NCBI GenBank assembly: GCA_965644295.1
Contig: CBFFRP010000013.1
Span: 1 to 26,662, forward strand
Reading direction: 5' to 3'
Source: Paraphysomonas bandaiensis
Lineage: Eukaryota; Protista; Chrysophyceae
DNA: 26,662 bases
Part shown: positions 25,785 through 26,662 of the stretch, in pieces
Layout: every line of letters starts with the position of its first letter
How positions within the stretch are numbered: the stretch's first letter is position 1
The notes under the pieces: model-generated
Databases searched by the model: none
Told to the model about the DNA's origin: nothing
Seen by the model: only the letters and a program-made list of their open reading frames with translations
Translations under genes and position numbers: made by a program

Positions 25785-26657
25785 CATACATACATACATA
25801 CATACATACATACATACATACATACATACATACATACATACATACATACATACATACATACATACATACATACATACATACATACATACATACATACATA
25901 CATACATACATACATACATACATACATACATACATACATACATACATACATACATACATACATACATACATACATACATACATACATACATACATACATA
26001 CATACATACATACATACATACATACATACATACATACATACATACATACATACATACATACATACATACATACATACATACATACATACATACATACATA
26101 CATACATACATACATACATACATACATACATACATACATACATACATACATACATACATACATACATACATACATACATACATACATACATACATACATA
26201 CATACATACATACATACATACATACATACATACATACATACATACATACATACATACATACATACATACATACATACATACATACATACATACATACATA
26301 CATACATACATACATACATACATACATACATACCTACCTACCTACCTACCTACCTACCTACCTACCTACCTACCTACATACATACATACATACATACATA
26401 CATACATACATACATACATACATACATACATACATACATACATACATACATACATACATACATACATACATACATACATACATACATACATACATACATA
26501 CATACATACATACATACATACATACATACATACATACATACATACATACATACATACATACATACATACATACATACATACATACATACATACATACATA
26601 CATACATACATACATACATACATACATACATACATACATACATACATACATACATAC
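25785..26657. repeat. Compound microsatellite (TACA)n-(TACC)n-(TACA)n
   Basis: Perfect TACA array interrupted by about 11 TACC units at ~26331-26375; runs almost to the window end. Confidence 0.98.
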
Positions 26658-26662
26658 ACATG

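Overview
Eukaryotic, intron-containing DNA, standard genetic code, mostly 45-60 nt GT-AG introns. The host is probably a flagellated, plastid-lineage protist such as a stramenopile (inferred from CFAP47 plus a signal-peptide-bearing HemC). Three intact host genes: an 11-exon formin (3709-8921, +), a 3-exon CFAP47-like gene of ~3056 aa (11445-20710, +) and a 4-exon porphobilinogen deaminase (hemC, 24369-25687, -). The first ~1.3 kb looks like the right end of an integrated Polinton/Maverick-like virus: a penton-like ORF, a small very basic ORF, a tandem-repeat terminal region and an ...ACTACTACT terminus at 1326. Intergenic DNA holds several copies of an unclassified repeat family with a TA-flanked end; two opposed copies may delimit a 1.7-kb TIR element (21981-23696) with decayed coding cargo. 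There is also an interleaved X-Y-X'-Y' inverted duplication (21183-21784), a spliced Cys-rich pseudogene and long (TATG)n microsatellites. All calls come from reading the sequence; no searches were run.
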